This document shows, piece by piece, positions 50,971 to 60,776 of a stretch of 64,000 bases of DNA. The translations under genes were made by a program, and so were the position numbers. The stretch's first letter is position 1; every line of letters starts with the position of its first letter. Origin of the DNA: an uncultured Gemmatimonadales bacterium (GTDB lineage: Bacteria > Gemmatimonadota > Gemmatimonadetes > Longimicrobiales > Gaopeijiaceae); NCBI GenBank assembly GCA_963809895.1, contig CAWELD010000003.1, forward strand, positions 2,944,001-3,008,000, given 5' to 3'. The notes under the pieces are model-generated. The model saw nothing but the letters and a program-made list of their open reading frames with translations. It ran no database searches and was not told the origin of the DNA.

Positions 50971-53832
50971 CTACCGGATGGGGCCTCCTTTGTGCACCTG
51001 CGGCACCCCGTACCGCATCCAGTCCGGCTCCGGAGCACCCATGAGGTAGTGGTCGAAGAACTGCTTCATGCGGATCTGGAAGTCGATCTGGTTCGGCTTG
51101 CGCGACAGGTGGTGCGGCTCATCGGGATAGGACAGCAGGATGACCTGCTTGCCGTTGCGCCGGGCCGCGTTGTACAGCTCCAGCCCCTGGTGCCAGTCCA
51201 CCGCGTTGTCGGCAGTCCCGTGCAGGATCATGAAGGGCGTGGTGATGTTGGGCACGTTGTAGAGGGCCGACTGATCCTCGTACAGGTCGGTGCTGTTCCA
51301 CGGCGTCACGTTCTCGCCCATGCGCACCTGCCCCACCTCCGTGATCCCCTGTTGCACCGTGCCGCTGCCGGGATAGAGCTCGTCGTAGAAGCTGATGAGG
51401 TTGGTCGGAGGAGCTCCGGTCACGATGGCCGCGAACATGTCGGTCTGGGTGAGGATGTACGACGACTGGTATCCGCCCCAACTGTGCCCCTGGAGCCCGA
51501 TGTGCTCGGGGTCCGCGTAGCCCAGGTCGATGACCTTCTGAACAGCGCTGGTCACGCAGTCCAGCGCCGAAGAGCCGGGCTTGCCGATCTCGTAGACCAC
51601 GTCGGGCTGGAGGACGAGATAGCCGTTGCTCGCATAGGTGGACATCTGGGGTCGGTCGTCGAACCTGGGCATGGAGAACTCGTGCTCGGTGTCCGACATG
51701 ATCTCGTAGAAGTACACGAGCATGGGATAGCGCTTGCCCGGCTCGTAGCCCGCCGGAAGCGTGAGGGTGCCCTGAAGGCGCTGTCCCTTGCTGTTGGTGT
51801 AGTCGATGAGGACCTTCTTGCCCCACGCGTACTCCGAGAGGAACGGGTCGGCGTCGGTCACCTTCACCGGATTCCGGAAGGAGGTGTCGCTGGTCCAGTA
51901 GTCCGGGAACTCCTGGAAGGTCTGCTCCGTGAAGATCACCCGGTCCGCGTCGTCGGCCTTGGACACCTGCCCGATCATCTTGTCGTCGTAGATCAGGGGC
52001 GTCGGCGACTTGCCGGGCTCGAGCCTCCAGTAGCCCGACTTCTTGGTCCACACGCCGTAGGCCGACAGGGTCAGGGGCTTCGACAGGTCGATCCCGTGGT
52101 CGTCGGAGCGGCCACCACCCCCGAAACGGCCGAAGCCGCCTCGTCCGCCTCCAGCGAGGTCGAGCCGAACCACGCGCAGTTGGATCTCCTGCTCGGCGCC
52201 CACCCCCTTCGTGAGATTCTGTGGCGCGCCATCGCCCTCCAGCGGAAGGCGCCACACGTCGTACTTGTCGTAGACCAACACCGATCGGCCGTCGCTCGAC
52301 CACCCTGCCAGGCCCCAGATGGGCCGCTCGTAGTCGTGATCGTCGTCGGTGTTCACGAAGTCCATGCCGCCGTCCACCTGGTGGCTGGTCCCGGAGCGGG
52401 CGTCGTAGGCCTGGATGTGCCCGTCCTGCAGATAGAGGAACCAGCGGCTGTCCGGTGACGTGCCCATGGTGCGCCACAGCTCGCGCGCGATGAGCGAGCG
52501 TTCCCCGCTGGTCGTGTTCACGCGGTAGTAGTCGGCGTGGCTCCCGCCCCAGGCCACCTCACCCCGATAGGTCGTGTCGTTGCGGCCCACGCCCCACGAG
52601 CCGTCGGCCACGGTCTGTACGCTGGTCATGGCGCTGTCCGCCAGTTGCACGAAGCGCCCCGAAGGCACCAGCACGGCAGCGGACAGGGTGGCCCTGAGCT
52701 CCCGCTGGAGCCGCACGATCTGCACCGATTGGACCTCCGCGTCCTTCCAGTGCCAGATGTCCACGTTGGCCGCGGGATCGTCGCTCTCCGGAAGCTTCTC
52801 CTCCTGCTGCTTGATCCCCACGAACAGCCGCGAACGATCCGGGCTCCACTCCGGCGTCGAGTACTCGCTGAGCACGTACCCGTCCGGGAAATCGCTGGCT
52901 TCGGTCGGATCGTACACGGTCTTCTTGCCACCGCTCGCGCCCAGCCCCGTCCACGCCAGCAGCACGTTGGCCTTCTGCTTCATGCCCTCGACCTCGTGGC
53001 CGCGCAGGGCGGCGAGCGCATCACCCTCGTCGCTCCAGGCCAGCCCGTCGAAGTCGGCTGCTGCCACGTCCAGCGCGCGGGTCGTTCCGGTCGCCATGTC
53101 CACCAGATAGACGCCATTGCCGAGCTGGTCCGCGGCATCCACGGTGTAGGCCAGCAGGCCCCCCGCATCGTCGAAGGCGTACTGGCCCACGTTGCCGATG
53201 TTGCGCGTCACGCCCGTGGCCAGCTCTCTCACCAGCAGGTCCGAGCCGTCGCGGGTCGTATCGGCCCGTGATGCCTTGGCCAGGTGGATGGCCAGGTACT
53301 TCGAATCGTCGGAGAAGGCGAACGCCTGCGGGTTGGGCGCCTCCCAGGTCTCGCCGCTGGCCAGATCGCGCAGCTCGAAGCGACGCTGGGCGCCACTCCC
53401 ACCTCCGGCGCCACCCCGTCCGCCCGGTGCCGGCGCGCCCCCGCCGCGACGCGCGCCCCGACCGTTCCCTTCCGGCGGACTCACGTAGTAGCCCACCCAA
53501 CGGGAATCCCCGGAGAACGTCGGCTGCGAGCCCCGCGGGATCGTGTAGGTCCGGTCCGAGTCCAGGGCCCGCACGAAAAGCGTGTCCTCGCCGTCGTTGG
53601 GACTGTAGGCGTAGGTCATCCAGGCGCCGTCCGCCGACAGCCCCGTGCCCGTGATGCGCTTCCAGCGCCCGTAGTCGTCGACGTTGAGGACACGCGGCGT
53701 CGAGTCCGACGAGGCCGCGGTGGCCGGGGCCGGTGGTGTGGCCGTGGCCTGAGCGGCGGCCGAGGCCGAGGGAACGAAAACGCAGGCGAACGCTGCGAAG
53801 GCAACGGTGATGGACCCGAGGATGCGGCGCAT
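50971..53832 (-). CDS. S9 family peptidase (acylaminoacyl/dipeptidyl type), secreted
   Basis: GLQGHSWGGY, HGTADNAV, YPDEPHH; signal peptide. Confidence 0.9.
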   Translation of the reverse strand: MRRILGSITVAFAAFACVFVPSASAAAQATATPPAPATAASSDSTPRVLNVDDYGRWKRITGTGLSADGAWMTYAYSPNDGEDTLFVRALDSDRTYTIPRGSQPTFSGDSRWVGYYVSPPEGNGRGARRGGGAPAPGGRGGAGGGSGAQRRFELRDLASGETWEAPNPQAFAFSDDSKYLAIHLAKASRADTTRDGSDLLVRELATGVTRNIGNVGQYAFDDAGGLLAYTVDAADQLGNGVYLVDMATGTTRALDVAAADFDGLAWSDEGDALAALRGHEVEGMKQKANVLLAWTGLGASGGKKTVYDPTEASDFPDGYVLSEYSTPEWSPDRSRLFVGIKQQEEKLPESDDPAANVDIWHWKDAEVQSVQIVRLQRELRATLSAAVLVPSGRFVQLADSAMTSVQTVADGSWGVGRNDTTYRGEVAWGGSHADYYRVNTTSGERSLIARELWRTMGTSPDSRWFLYLQDGHIQAYDARSGTSHQVDGGMDFVNTDDDHDYERPIWGLAGWSSDGRSVLVYDKYDVWRLPLEGDGAPQNLTKGVGAEQEIQLRVVRLDLAGGGRGGFGRFGGGGRSDDHGIDLSKPLTLSAYGVWTKKSGYWRLEPGKSPTPLIYDDKMIGQVSKADDADRVIFTEQTFQEFPDYWTSDTSFRNPVKVTDADPFLSEYAWGKKVLIDYTNSKGQRLQGTLTLPAGYEPGKRYPMLVYFYEIMSDTEHEFSMPRFDDRPQMSTYASNGYLVLQPDVVYEIGKPGSSALDCVTSAVQKVIDLGYADPEHIGLQGHSWGGYQSSYILTQTDMFAAIVTGAPPTNLISFYDELYPGSGTVQQGITEVGQVRMGENVTPWNSTDLYEDQSALYNVPNITTPFMILHGTADNAVDWHQGLELYNAARRNGKQVILLSYPDEPHHLSRKPNQIDFQIRMKQFFDHYLMGAPEPDWMRYGVPQVHKGGPIR

Positions 53833-53957
53833 GAGGACTCCAGGAGCGTGCCGGAGCGGAAGGGATTGATCCGGCGCCATGATGCAAGTCCCGGGGGATC
53901 ACGACAAGGCACAGGTGAGGGCCCGGGAGTCCGCGTGCGACTCCGGGCGCCTCCCGG

Positions 53958-54755
53958 CTACAGACCCTCGCCCTCGGGAAGCAGGCGGTGGAGCTCCCGG
54001 CGCCACCGGTCCGTCAGCTTCGAAATCGCGCTCGCGTCGGCATCCCAGACCGAGAGCCACACTGTGAGGTCCCTCTGTGGGGATCCCATAGCCGCCGGCT
54101 CGAGGCTCACGCGCAGGAGCCCTCCTTCCGGCTCGTTGGTCACCACGGCATGCTGCACACCCGGAACCCGATCGAATACGTCGCCGTCGACCCCCGACAG
54201 CCCGGCGGCTCCGGCCGGAAAAAGACGGGCCCACACCTCTTCGGACGGGAGGTTCGATCTGCGACGCAGGTAGACGACGTCGCGGTCCATCCCAGGGAAC
54301 CGCTCCAGGTAGTGCTTGAGCGAACGAAGCTCGAAACTCCATCCGCGGACCGTCCCCTCCACCCACGCATCCCAGGAGGCGTCGTCGGGGAATCCCGAGG
54401 TGACGACCCGAAGGCGCGTCGTGCCGCCTCGCCCGGTCAGATGGTAATCCGTCACCTGAAGGACGTCGTGGTCGTGGGCATGGAACGCCCAGCCGGTGCG
54501 CAGATGGACCGGGGGATCCCAGGCCAGGATCCGGAGCTCTCCAACGAACTCGTTCTTCCAGGAGAGTCGCATGACGCCGCCCTCGCCCGGCTCCACGCTG
54601 GCCTCCAACGGGAACCAGCGCTCCAACTCGCGAGCCTCGGTGAGCGCTCGCCAGACCCGCTCCGGAGGTGCATTGATGGTGACTTCACCAGTAGCGTTGC
54701 GCGTTCCGGTCACCTTCCCGGTATGGTTGCCTCGGTCTCGGGCAGCCATGGTCAT
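53958..54755 (-). CDS. SRPBCC/AHSA1-domain protein
   Basis: INAPPERVWRALT..LERWF; overlaps the stop of the upstream HTH gene. Confidence 0.85.
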   Translation of the reverse strand: MTMAARDRGNHTGKVTGTRNATGEVTINAPPERVWRALTEARELERWFPLEASVEPGEGGVMRLSWKNEFVGELRILAWDPPVHLRTGWAFHAHDHDVLQVTDYHLTGRGGTTRLRVVTSGFPDDASWDAWVEGTVRGWSFELRSLKHYLERFPGMDRDVVYLRRRSNLPSEEVWARLFPAGAAGLSGVDGDVFDRVPGVQHAVVTNEPEGGLLRVSLEPAAMGSPQRDLTVWLSVWDADASAISKLTDRWRRELHRLLPEGEGL

Positions 54756-55387
54756 GTCCCTGGTTCGGGGTGAGCAAGCGAATTCGCGGCGTCCTCATCC
54801 TTCTGGTGCACCGCGGTCACAACGCGGAACGCCCGACTGTCCGGCCCGGGCTGATGGTATCGAGCCACGACACCGGCCACAGTCTGGCTGAGCTCCGACA
54901 GGAAGCTCCGGAACTCGTCGGGTGTGGCCAGACTCACGGTGACGTCCAGACTCCCCGTCGCGAGACGGACCCCTTCCGCATGAGCTCGCTCCTGGAGCGA
55001 TACGACCTCCTGGATGACTCGCGAAGCGAGCGCAACCACGTAAGAGGCGGACAGCGAATCCCCCGAGGGCTCGAGGCCCGCGGAAAGCGAGCCGAGGGTC
55101 GCAGGATCCACGACGAAGTGCCGGGCAGACACCCGGAAGACCTTCTCCCGACCGCGCCGCATACCCTCATGTGGAACCGGCTCCAGGACGCCCGCCTCCT
55201 CCAGCGCACGCAAGTGGTAGTTGAGCCGCTGACGTTTCTCCCCCAGCCGACGAGCGAGTCCAGCGGCCGAGTCCGGGCGCCGGCGAAGCTCCTCCACCAG
55301 CCCGCGGCGCTCGGGATCCATGAGCAACGCGGCACCCGCAGGGTCGCGCAGCACGTGCAGCTCGGGGAGTGTGACGGGAGCATCCAT
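54752..55387 (-). CDS. ArsR-like winged-helix regulator (alternative start 55423)
   Basis: LMDPERR..SAAGLARRLGEKRQRLNYHLRALEEAG. Confidence 0.85.
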   Translation of the reverse strand: MDAPVTLPELHVLRDPAGAALLMDPERRGLVEELRRRPDSAAGLARRLGEKRQRLNYHLRALEEAGVLEPVPHEGMRRGREKVFRVSARHFVVDPATLGSLSAGLEPSGDSLSASYVVALASRVIQEVVSLQERAHAEGVRLATGSLDVTVSLATPDEFRSFLSELSQTVAGVVARYHQPGPDSRAFRVVTAVHQKDEDAANSLAHPEPGT

Positions 55388-55427
55388 GCAGATCTCTACG
55401 GCGATATCCTCCAGAGTCCTCATAGCG

Positions 55428-55456
55428 ATTCTAGGTATGACAAATTTGTTTGTCAA
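55428..55456 (-). promoter_or_regulatory. Near-consensus promoter TTGACA-17-TAGAAT with palindrome TGACAAA-N4-TTTGTCA (probable autorepressor operator)
   Basis: -35 at 55456-55451, -10 at 55433-55428, inverted repeat 55438-55455. Confidence 0.75.
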
Positions 55457-55556
55457 GTCGCTGACTTGGCTCCGCCGCGCGATCGCGCGTATCCTGGCGG
55501 TTGGGCCCTCGGCCCACGGCACTCGGATACAGACCGCCCTCAACGGGGAGCGAGCC

Positions 55557-57452
55557 TTGAACGATCCCGCCAATACCGGATCACCCCTGAACACGAGTCC
55601 GCATGCCAGCCCACCAGGTGCGCGGATCGTCTGGCACATGGTGTCCGTCCTCGCCGTGGCAACAGTCCCGGGCCAACTCCGATTCGGGCAAGCCTTCTGG
55701 GACCTTCCGGCACCGCTGACGACGCAGGTCGTTGCCATGGTGGCGGCATATCTGGCTCTCGCTCTTTCCGTGAGCTTCATCCGCCGAAGGAGCGTGCGCG
55801 CGATCGCGGCGATCCCTGTCGGCCTGGTCTGCTTCGGCCTGGCCTACCTCGCTCTCGAGAGCAACCCCGACATTCAGGTGTCCCGTGTGTTGGTGGCCCT
55901 CACGACCGGCCTGGCGATCGGCTTCGCGGTGTTGCAGACCATGATCGCCCGCCATCCGGCCGCGCCGACCGCTGCTGCGTCCGCGGGTCTGCTCGCCTTT
56001 CTCCTCCTCGGGCCCCAGCTCGGCAGCGCGGATCGGCTGGCCGACGAGCCGCCGCGTCTCATCGCCACCTCCAACCACGTGGTCAAGGCCATTCAACTCA
56101 ACGGTGTCGTGCCTCCTCCCCAGGTGGACGGTGGAGCCATCGCAGCCTTCGAGGACGGCTTCCTGGTCCTGACGGGAGGGGGGCGTTTCTACCGGGTGTC
56201 TCCCGATGCCCCGGGGGATTCCGTGCGCGTCGCAGAGATCTCACTGCCCTCTCCCTTGAATCGCGAGGCCTATCTCGCGACCCAGCCGGACCCATCAACT
56301 GCCCCCAGGTTGCGAGCCACAGACCTCCTGGTGGACACCGCACCGCCGCAGGCCCGACTTCTGGTTGCGCACCAGTATTGGAACATCGACCAGGCGTGCT
56401 ACACGATCCGCGTCTCGAGCCTCTCACTGGAAGCCCTCCGTGGAGGCGCCGGGTCATGGACGACGCTCTTCGAGACGAGCCCCTGCATTCCCATGGGGCC
56501 ACCTCTGGACGATATCCGCACCGGCGGACGGCTCGCGCTGTTGGGCAACGGCGACATCCTGCTGAGCGTGGGCGACATGGGCTACGACGGGCTGGGTTCG
56601 CCCGACCTGCCGCAGGATCCGGACGCGGACTACGGCAAGGTCATCGCCGTCGGGTCCGATGGCACTTCCCGCGTCTTCAGCACGGGTCACCGCAACCCCC
56701 AGGGGCTCACGGTTGATCGTACCGGCCGGATCTGGCTCACCGAGCACGGGCCCGAGGGTGGCGACGAGATCAACCTGGTGGAGGAGGGCGCAAACTACGG
56801 GTGGCCCCTGGTAAGCTACGGTACGGACTACGAGCTGGATTATTGGCCACCCGCCATGGGGCGGCGCGACCACGGACCGTTCACCGAGCCCCGCTACGCC
56901 TTCGTTCCATCGATCGGCATTTCGCAGGTCATCGAGGTCGGTCCCGGGCCCTTTCCCGAATGGGAGGGCGACCTCCTGGTGTCCTCGCTCCGCGCCGAGA
57001 GCCTCTACCGAGTGCGTCTCGAGAACGAGCGGGTCCTGTTCGCGGAGCCCATTCGTGTGAACCGGCGTGTGCGGGACCTGGCGCAGGGCGTGTCCGGAGA
57101 TATCGTGATCTGGGCCGACACCGGCGACCTGATCCTACTCACCGCCGCCGATCCCGTCGCCGACGGCGAGTTCCTCTACGGCCTGTGCGCGGGTTGCCAC
57201 GACGATCCTTCCGGAGCCGGATCTCTGGGTCCCGACCTGACGGGGATCCTCAACCGGCCCGTCGCCACTCGTACCGGCTACCCCTATTCGGCCGCTCTGC
57301 AGCGATTGGGCGGCCGCTGGACCGAGGAGCGCCTGAGTGCCTTCCTGCGGAATCCACAGTCGTTTGCTCCCGGCACACGCATGGAGTTCGGAGGACTTCC
57401 GGACGCCGAACAGCGATCCGTGCTCATCGAGTACCTGCGCGGCCTCCGGTAG
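55557..57452 (+). CDS. Membrane-anchored PQQ-type glucose/sorbosone dehydrogenase-like propeller fused to a class I cytochrome c (start uncertain)
   Basis: About 4 TM helices; GHRNPQGL, TEHGPEGGDEIN, NYGWP; CAGCH and PGTRMEFGG; TTG with GGGGAG SD. Confidence 0.85.
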   Translation: MNDPANTGSPLNTSPHASPPGARIVWHMVSVLAVATVPGQLRFGQAFWDLPAPLTTQVVAMVAAYLALALSVSFIRRRSVRAIAAIPVGLVCFGLAYLALESNPDIQVSRVLVALTTGLAIGFAVLQTMIARHPAAPTAAASAGLLAFLLLGPQLGSADRLADEPPRLIATSNHVVKAIQLNGVVPPPQVDGGAIAAFEDGFLVLTGGGRFYRVSPDAPGDSVRVAEISLPSPLNREAYLATQPDPSTAPRLRATDLLVDTAPPQARLLVAHQYWNIDQACYTIRVSSLSLEALRGGAGSWTTLFETSPCIPMGPPLDDIRTGGRLALLGNGDILLSVGDMGYDGLGSPDLPQDPDADYGKVIAVGSDGTSRVFSTGHRNPQGLTVDRTGRIWLTEHGPEGGDEINLVEEGANYGWPLVSYGTDYELDYWPPAMGRRDHGPFTEPRYAFVPSIGISQVIEVGPGPFPEWEGDLLVSSLRAESLYRVRLENERVLFAEPIRVNRRVRDLAQGVSGDIVIWADTGDLILLTAADPVADGEFLYGLCAGCHDDPSGAGSLGPDLTGILNRPVATRTGYPYSAALQRLGGRWTEERLSAFLRNPQSFAPGTRMEFGGLPDAEQRSVLIEYLRGLR

Positions 57453-57590
57453 ACTCCCACGCCCGGGCCGGAGCCCGAGAAGGAGCCTGCACGAGACCAG
57501 ACACTTGCGACGGGCATCCCTCCCTGGTTCCCTTCTCAGACCACCACCACGTCCCGACCCTCCGTCCTAGACCGTCCGGAGTAGCGTCCC

Positions 57591-60545
57591 ATGCACAGGA
57601 AGATCCTCAGCGCCTTCGTCACCGCGAGCCTGCTGGCGGCGCCCGCCGTGGCCGCCGGCCAGAACGCGCCCATGATGTCCGAGGTGGACCCCGCCCTCCT
57701 GCAGGGCATGAGCTACCGCCTGGTGGGCCCAATGCAGGGTGGTCGGGTCACGACGGTGACCGGGGTACCCTCCCAGGCCCGCACCTTCTACATGGGCGTC
57801 GCGTCGGGCGGCCTCTTCCGCACGACGGACGGAGGCGAGAGCTGGGAGCCCATCACCGACGGCCAGGTACCGTTGGGCTCGAGCGGATCCGTGGCCGTGG
57901 CCGACACCGATCCGAACGTCATCTACTACGGCACCGGGTCCGACGGGCTCCGCAGCAACGTCTCCACCGGGCGTGGCGTGTACAAGACCACCGACGGAGG
58001 CGAAACCTGGTCCTTCGCGGGACTCCGTGACGTGGGCCAGATCGGCGCCGTCCGGATCCATCCGAGTGACCCGAACACGGTCTGGGTCGCGGCGGTGGGC
58101 GACGCCTTCAAGCCCTCGGCCCAGCGCGGGATCTACAAGACCACCGACGGCGGACAGACCTGGCGAAACCTGCTCTTCATCTCGGACAGCACGGGCGCCA
58201 TGGACGTGGAGATCCAGCCCGGCAATCCCGACGTGGTCTACGCCTGGATGAGCCGCATCGAGCGAAAGCCCTGGACCATCATCAGCGGGTCGCACGAGGG
58301 CGGCTTCTTCAAGAGTACCGACGGGGGTGAGCACTTCGAGCACATCGACAACGGCCTCCCCCAGGACCTCATCGGCAAGGGCAATCTGGCGGTGACGGCC
58401 GCGAATCCGAATCGCATCTACGCCCTCATCGAGGCCAAGCCGGGCGGCGGGCTCTACCGCTCCGACGACGCCGGCGAAAGTTGGACCATGGTCAACGATG
58501 ACGGCGCCATCGTCCAGCGGCCCTTCTACTACACGACGCTGGGGGCGGACCCCACCGACGCCGACATCGTCTACGCGGGCGCGGAGAGCTTCTTCAAGTC
58601 CACGGACGGCGGCCGCACCCTGAACCGGTTCCCGACTCCCCACGGCGACAATCACGACATCTGGATCAATCCCAACGACAACCGGATCATGATCCAGTCC
58701 AACGACGGTGGGGCCAACGTCTCCTTCGACGGCGGCGAGACCTGGTCGACCCAATACAACCAGCCCACGTCGGAGATCTATGGGATCCACATCGACCAGC
58801 ACTTCCCCTTCCGGCTCTACGGCGCGCAGCAGGACGACGGCACGCACATCATCTCCAGCGTGGCCGACGGCGGCGAGCGCAACGTGGACTGGTGGAGTGG
58901 TCCCGGTTGTGAGACCGGACCCGTGGTACCGCACCCGGACAAGCCCAACATCGTGTACGGCTCGTGCAAGGGTCAGTACGAGGTCCTGGACCTGGAGACC
59001 GGCCAGGCCAAGCAGTACTGGGTGGGCGGACAGTCCCTCTACGGGAATCCCGCCCGCGACCTGATCTACCGCTTCCAGCGCGTCTCGCCCATGGAGACGT
59101 CACCCCACGATCCCGACGTCCTCTATTACGGGTCGCAGTACCTGCACCGCACCAGTGACATGGGCGTGACCTGGGAGACGATCTCACCGGACCTGACGGC
59201 CAACGACCCCTGCTGTCAGGGCGTGAGCGGTGAGCCCATCACCCGCGACGTCACGGGCGAGGAGTTCTACAGCACGCTCTACGCCATCGCCGAGTCCCCG
59301 CATCAGGCAGGGGTCATCTGGACGGGCGCCAACGACGGCCCCTTCCACGTCACCCGTGACGACGGGGTCACCTGGACCGACGTCACGCCGCCGGACCTGC
59401 CCGAGGGCGGACGAGTAGCGTTCATCGACGTGTCTCCCCACCGCCGGGGATCTGCCTACTACGCCGTGTACCGCTACCTGCTCGGCGATTACGCCCCCTA
59501 CATCTACCGCACCGACGACTACGGAGAGAGCTGGACACTCCTGACCCCGGGCGACAACGGAATCCCCGGAGACACGCCGACGCGCGTGGTACGCGAGGAT
59601 CCGGATCGGGAGGGCCTCCTCTACGCCGGCACCGAGTTCGGGCTGTACGTGTCGTTCGACAACGGCGGACACTGGCAGCCGCTGCAGCTCAACCTGCCCA
59701 GGGTTCCCATCAACGACATCCAGGTCCACGGCGAGGACCTGATCGTCGCCACCCAGGGCCGCGCCATCTGGATGCTGGACGACCTGTCGCCGCTTCACCA
59801 GATCACGCCACGGACGAGCGTGGCCGAGGCCCACCTGTACGCGCCGCGTGACGGCTACCGGACCGCCACGGCGCCGCAGCTCCTGGGCCCGATGATCAAC
59901 TACTATCTGCCTGGCGCGCCCTCCGGCGAGGTCACCGTCGACATCCTCGACGGGTCGGGCAACACGGTGAACTCCTACAGCAGCGAGGATCGCGCGCCCA
60001 GCCAGGGCGGCCGTTTCGGCGGCTTCGGCCGTCGCGGTCCACCGCCGCCCACGGTCACCACCGATGTCGGCTTCAACCGTCTGGTGTGGAACGTGCGAGA
60101 CGAGGACGGGCTTCCGGTGCCACCCGGACGCTACACCGCCCGCCTCACCGTGAACGGGTCCATCCAGGAACAGCCCTTCGACGTCCTCATCGACCCCCGG
60201 GTCGCTGACGGCGGCGTGACCGTGGCGGACCTGCGCGAGCAGTATCAGCACAACCGCCGCATGAACGCCATGTCTCAGGAGGTGCAGGCGCTGGTACGTC
60301 GGGTGCAACAGGCCCTGGATCAGGGTGACGCCTCGATGCGGGAGCGCCTGGCGCCGGTGGTGGACCAGTTGATGACGCCGGAGGTCCGTTACAGCAAACC
60401 CGGTCTGCAGGACCAGATCAACTATCTGCGGGGCATGACGATCCGCACGGACCAGAAGGTCGGCCGCGACGCGCTGGAGCGCTACGAGACGCTCCGTCAG
60501 CAACTCGACGAGCTCACCGCCGAGGTGGACCGGATCCTGGGCTGA
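57591..60545 (+). CDS. Secreted sortilin/VPS10-like BNR (Asp-box) repeat protein
   Basis: Many (S/T)xDGGx(S/T)W boxes; signal peptide; HGDNHDIWI. Confidence 0.88.
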   Translation: MHRKILSAFVTASLLAAPAVAAGQNAPMMSEVDPALLQGMSYRLVGPMQGGRVTTVTGVPSQARTFYMGVASGGLFRTTDGGESWEPITDGQVPLGSSGSVAVADTDPNVIYYGTGSDGLRSNVSTGRGVYKTTDGGETWSFAGLRDVGQIGAVRIHPSDPNTVWVAAVGDAFKPSAQRGIYKTTDGGQTWRNLLFISDSTGAMDVEIQPGNPDVVYAWMSRIERKPWTIISGSHEGGFFKSTDGGEHFEHIDNGLPQDLIGKGNLAVTAANPNRIYALIEAKPGGGLYRSDDAGESWTMVNDDGAIVQRPFYYTTLGADPTDADIVYAGAESFFKSTDGGRTLNRFPTPHGDNHDIWINPNDNRIMIQSNDGGANVSFDGGETWSTQYNQPTSEIYGIHIDQHFPFRLYGAQQDDGTHIISSVADGGERNVDWWSGPGCETGPVVPHPDKPNIVYGSCKGQYEVLDLETGQAKQYWVGGQSLYGNPARDLIYRFQRVSPMETSPHDPDVLYYGSQYLHRTSDMGVTWETISPDLTANDPCCQGVSGEPITRDVTGEEFYSTLYAIAESPHQAGVIWTGANDGPFHVTRDDGVTWTDVTPPDLPEGGRVAFIDVSPHRRGSAYYAVYRYLLGDYAPYIYRTDDYGESWTLLTPGDNGIPGDTPTRVVREDPDREGLLYAGTEFGLYVSFDNGGHWQPLQLNLPRVPINDIQVHGEDLIVATQGRAIWMLDDLSPLHQITPRTSVAEAHLYAPRDGYRTATAPQLLGPMINYYLPGAPSGEVTVDILDGSGNTVNSYSSEDRAPSQGGRFGGFGRRGPPPPTVTTDVGFNRLVWNVRDEDGLPVPPGRYTARLTVNGSIQEQPFDVLIDPRVADGGVTVADLREQYQHNRRMNAMSQEVQALVRRVQQALDQGDASMRERLAPVVDQLMTPEVRYSKPGLQDQINYLRGMTIRTDQKVGRDALERYETLRQQLDELTAEVDRILG

Positions 60546-60776
60546 GTCCACCGTCGCGCCCGTCGCTTCGAGGGCAAGCGGGGTGGCGTGGCCGGAGCGC
60601 GCTGACGTGGAGCGCGCCGGGTCACCTCACCCCGCTCGCCAACACTCGGACCGCCTCAGGCGACAAGAGTGGTGGACCCCTGCGGCAGAAGGCCTGCCCT
60701 CTTCGACTCGCTCGATCCGGACAGGATCCCTCCCCGAGGTCCTGAGTCCATCGAGTCTCGAGTCTGGAGAGATGTC

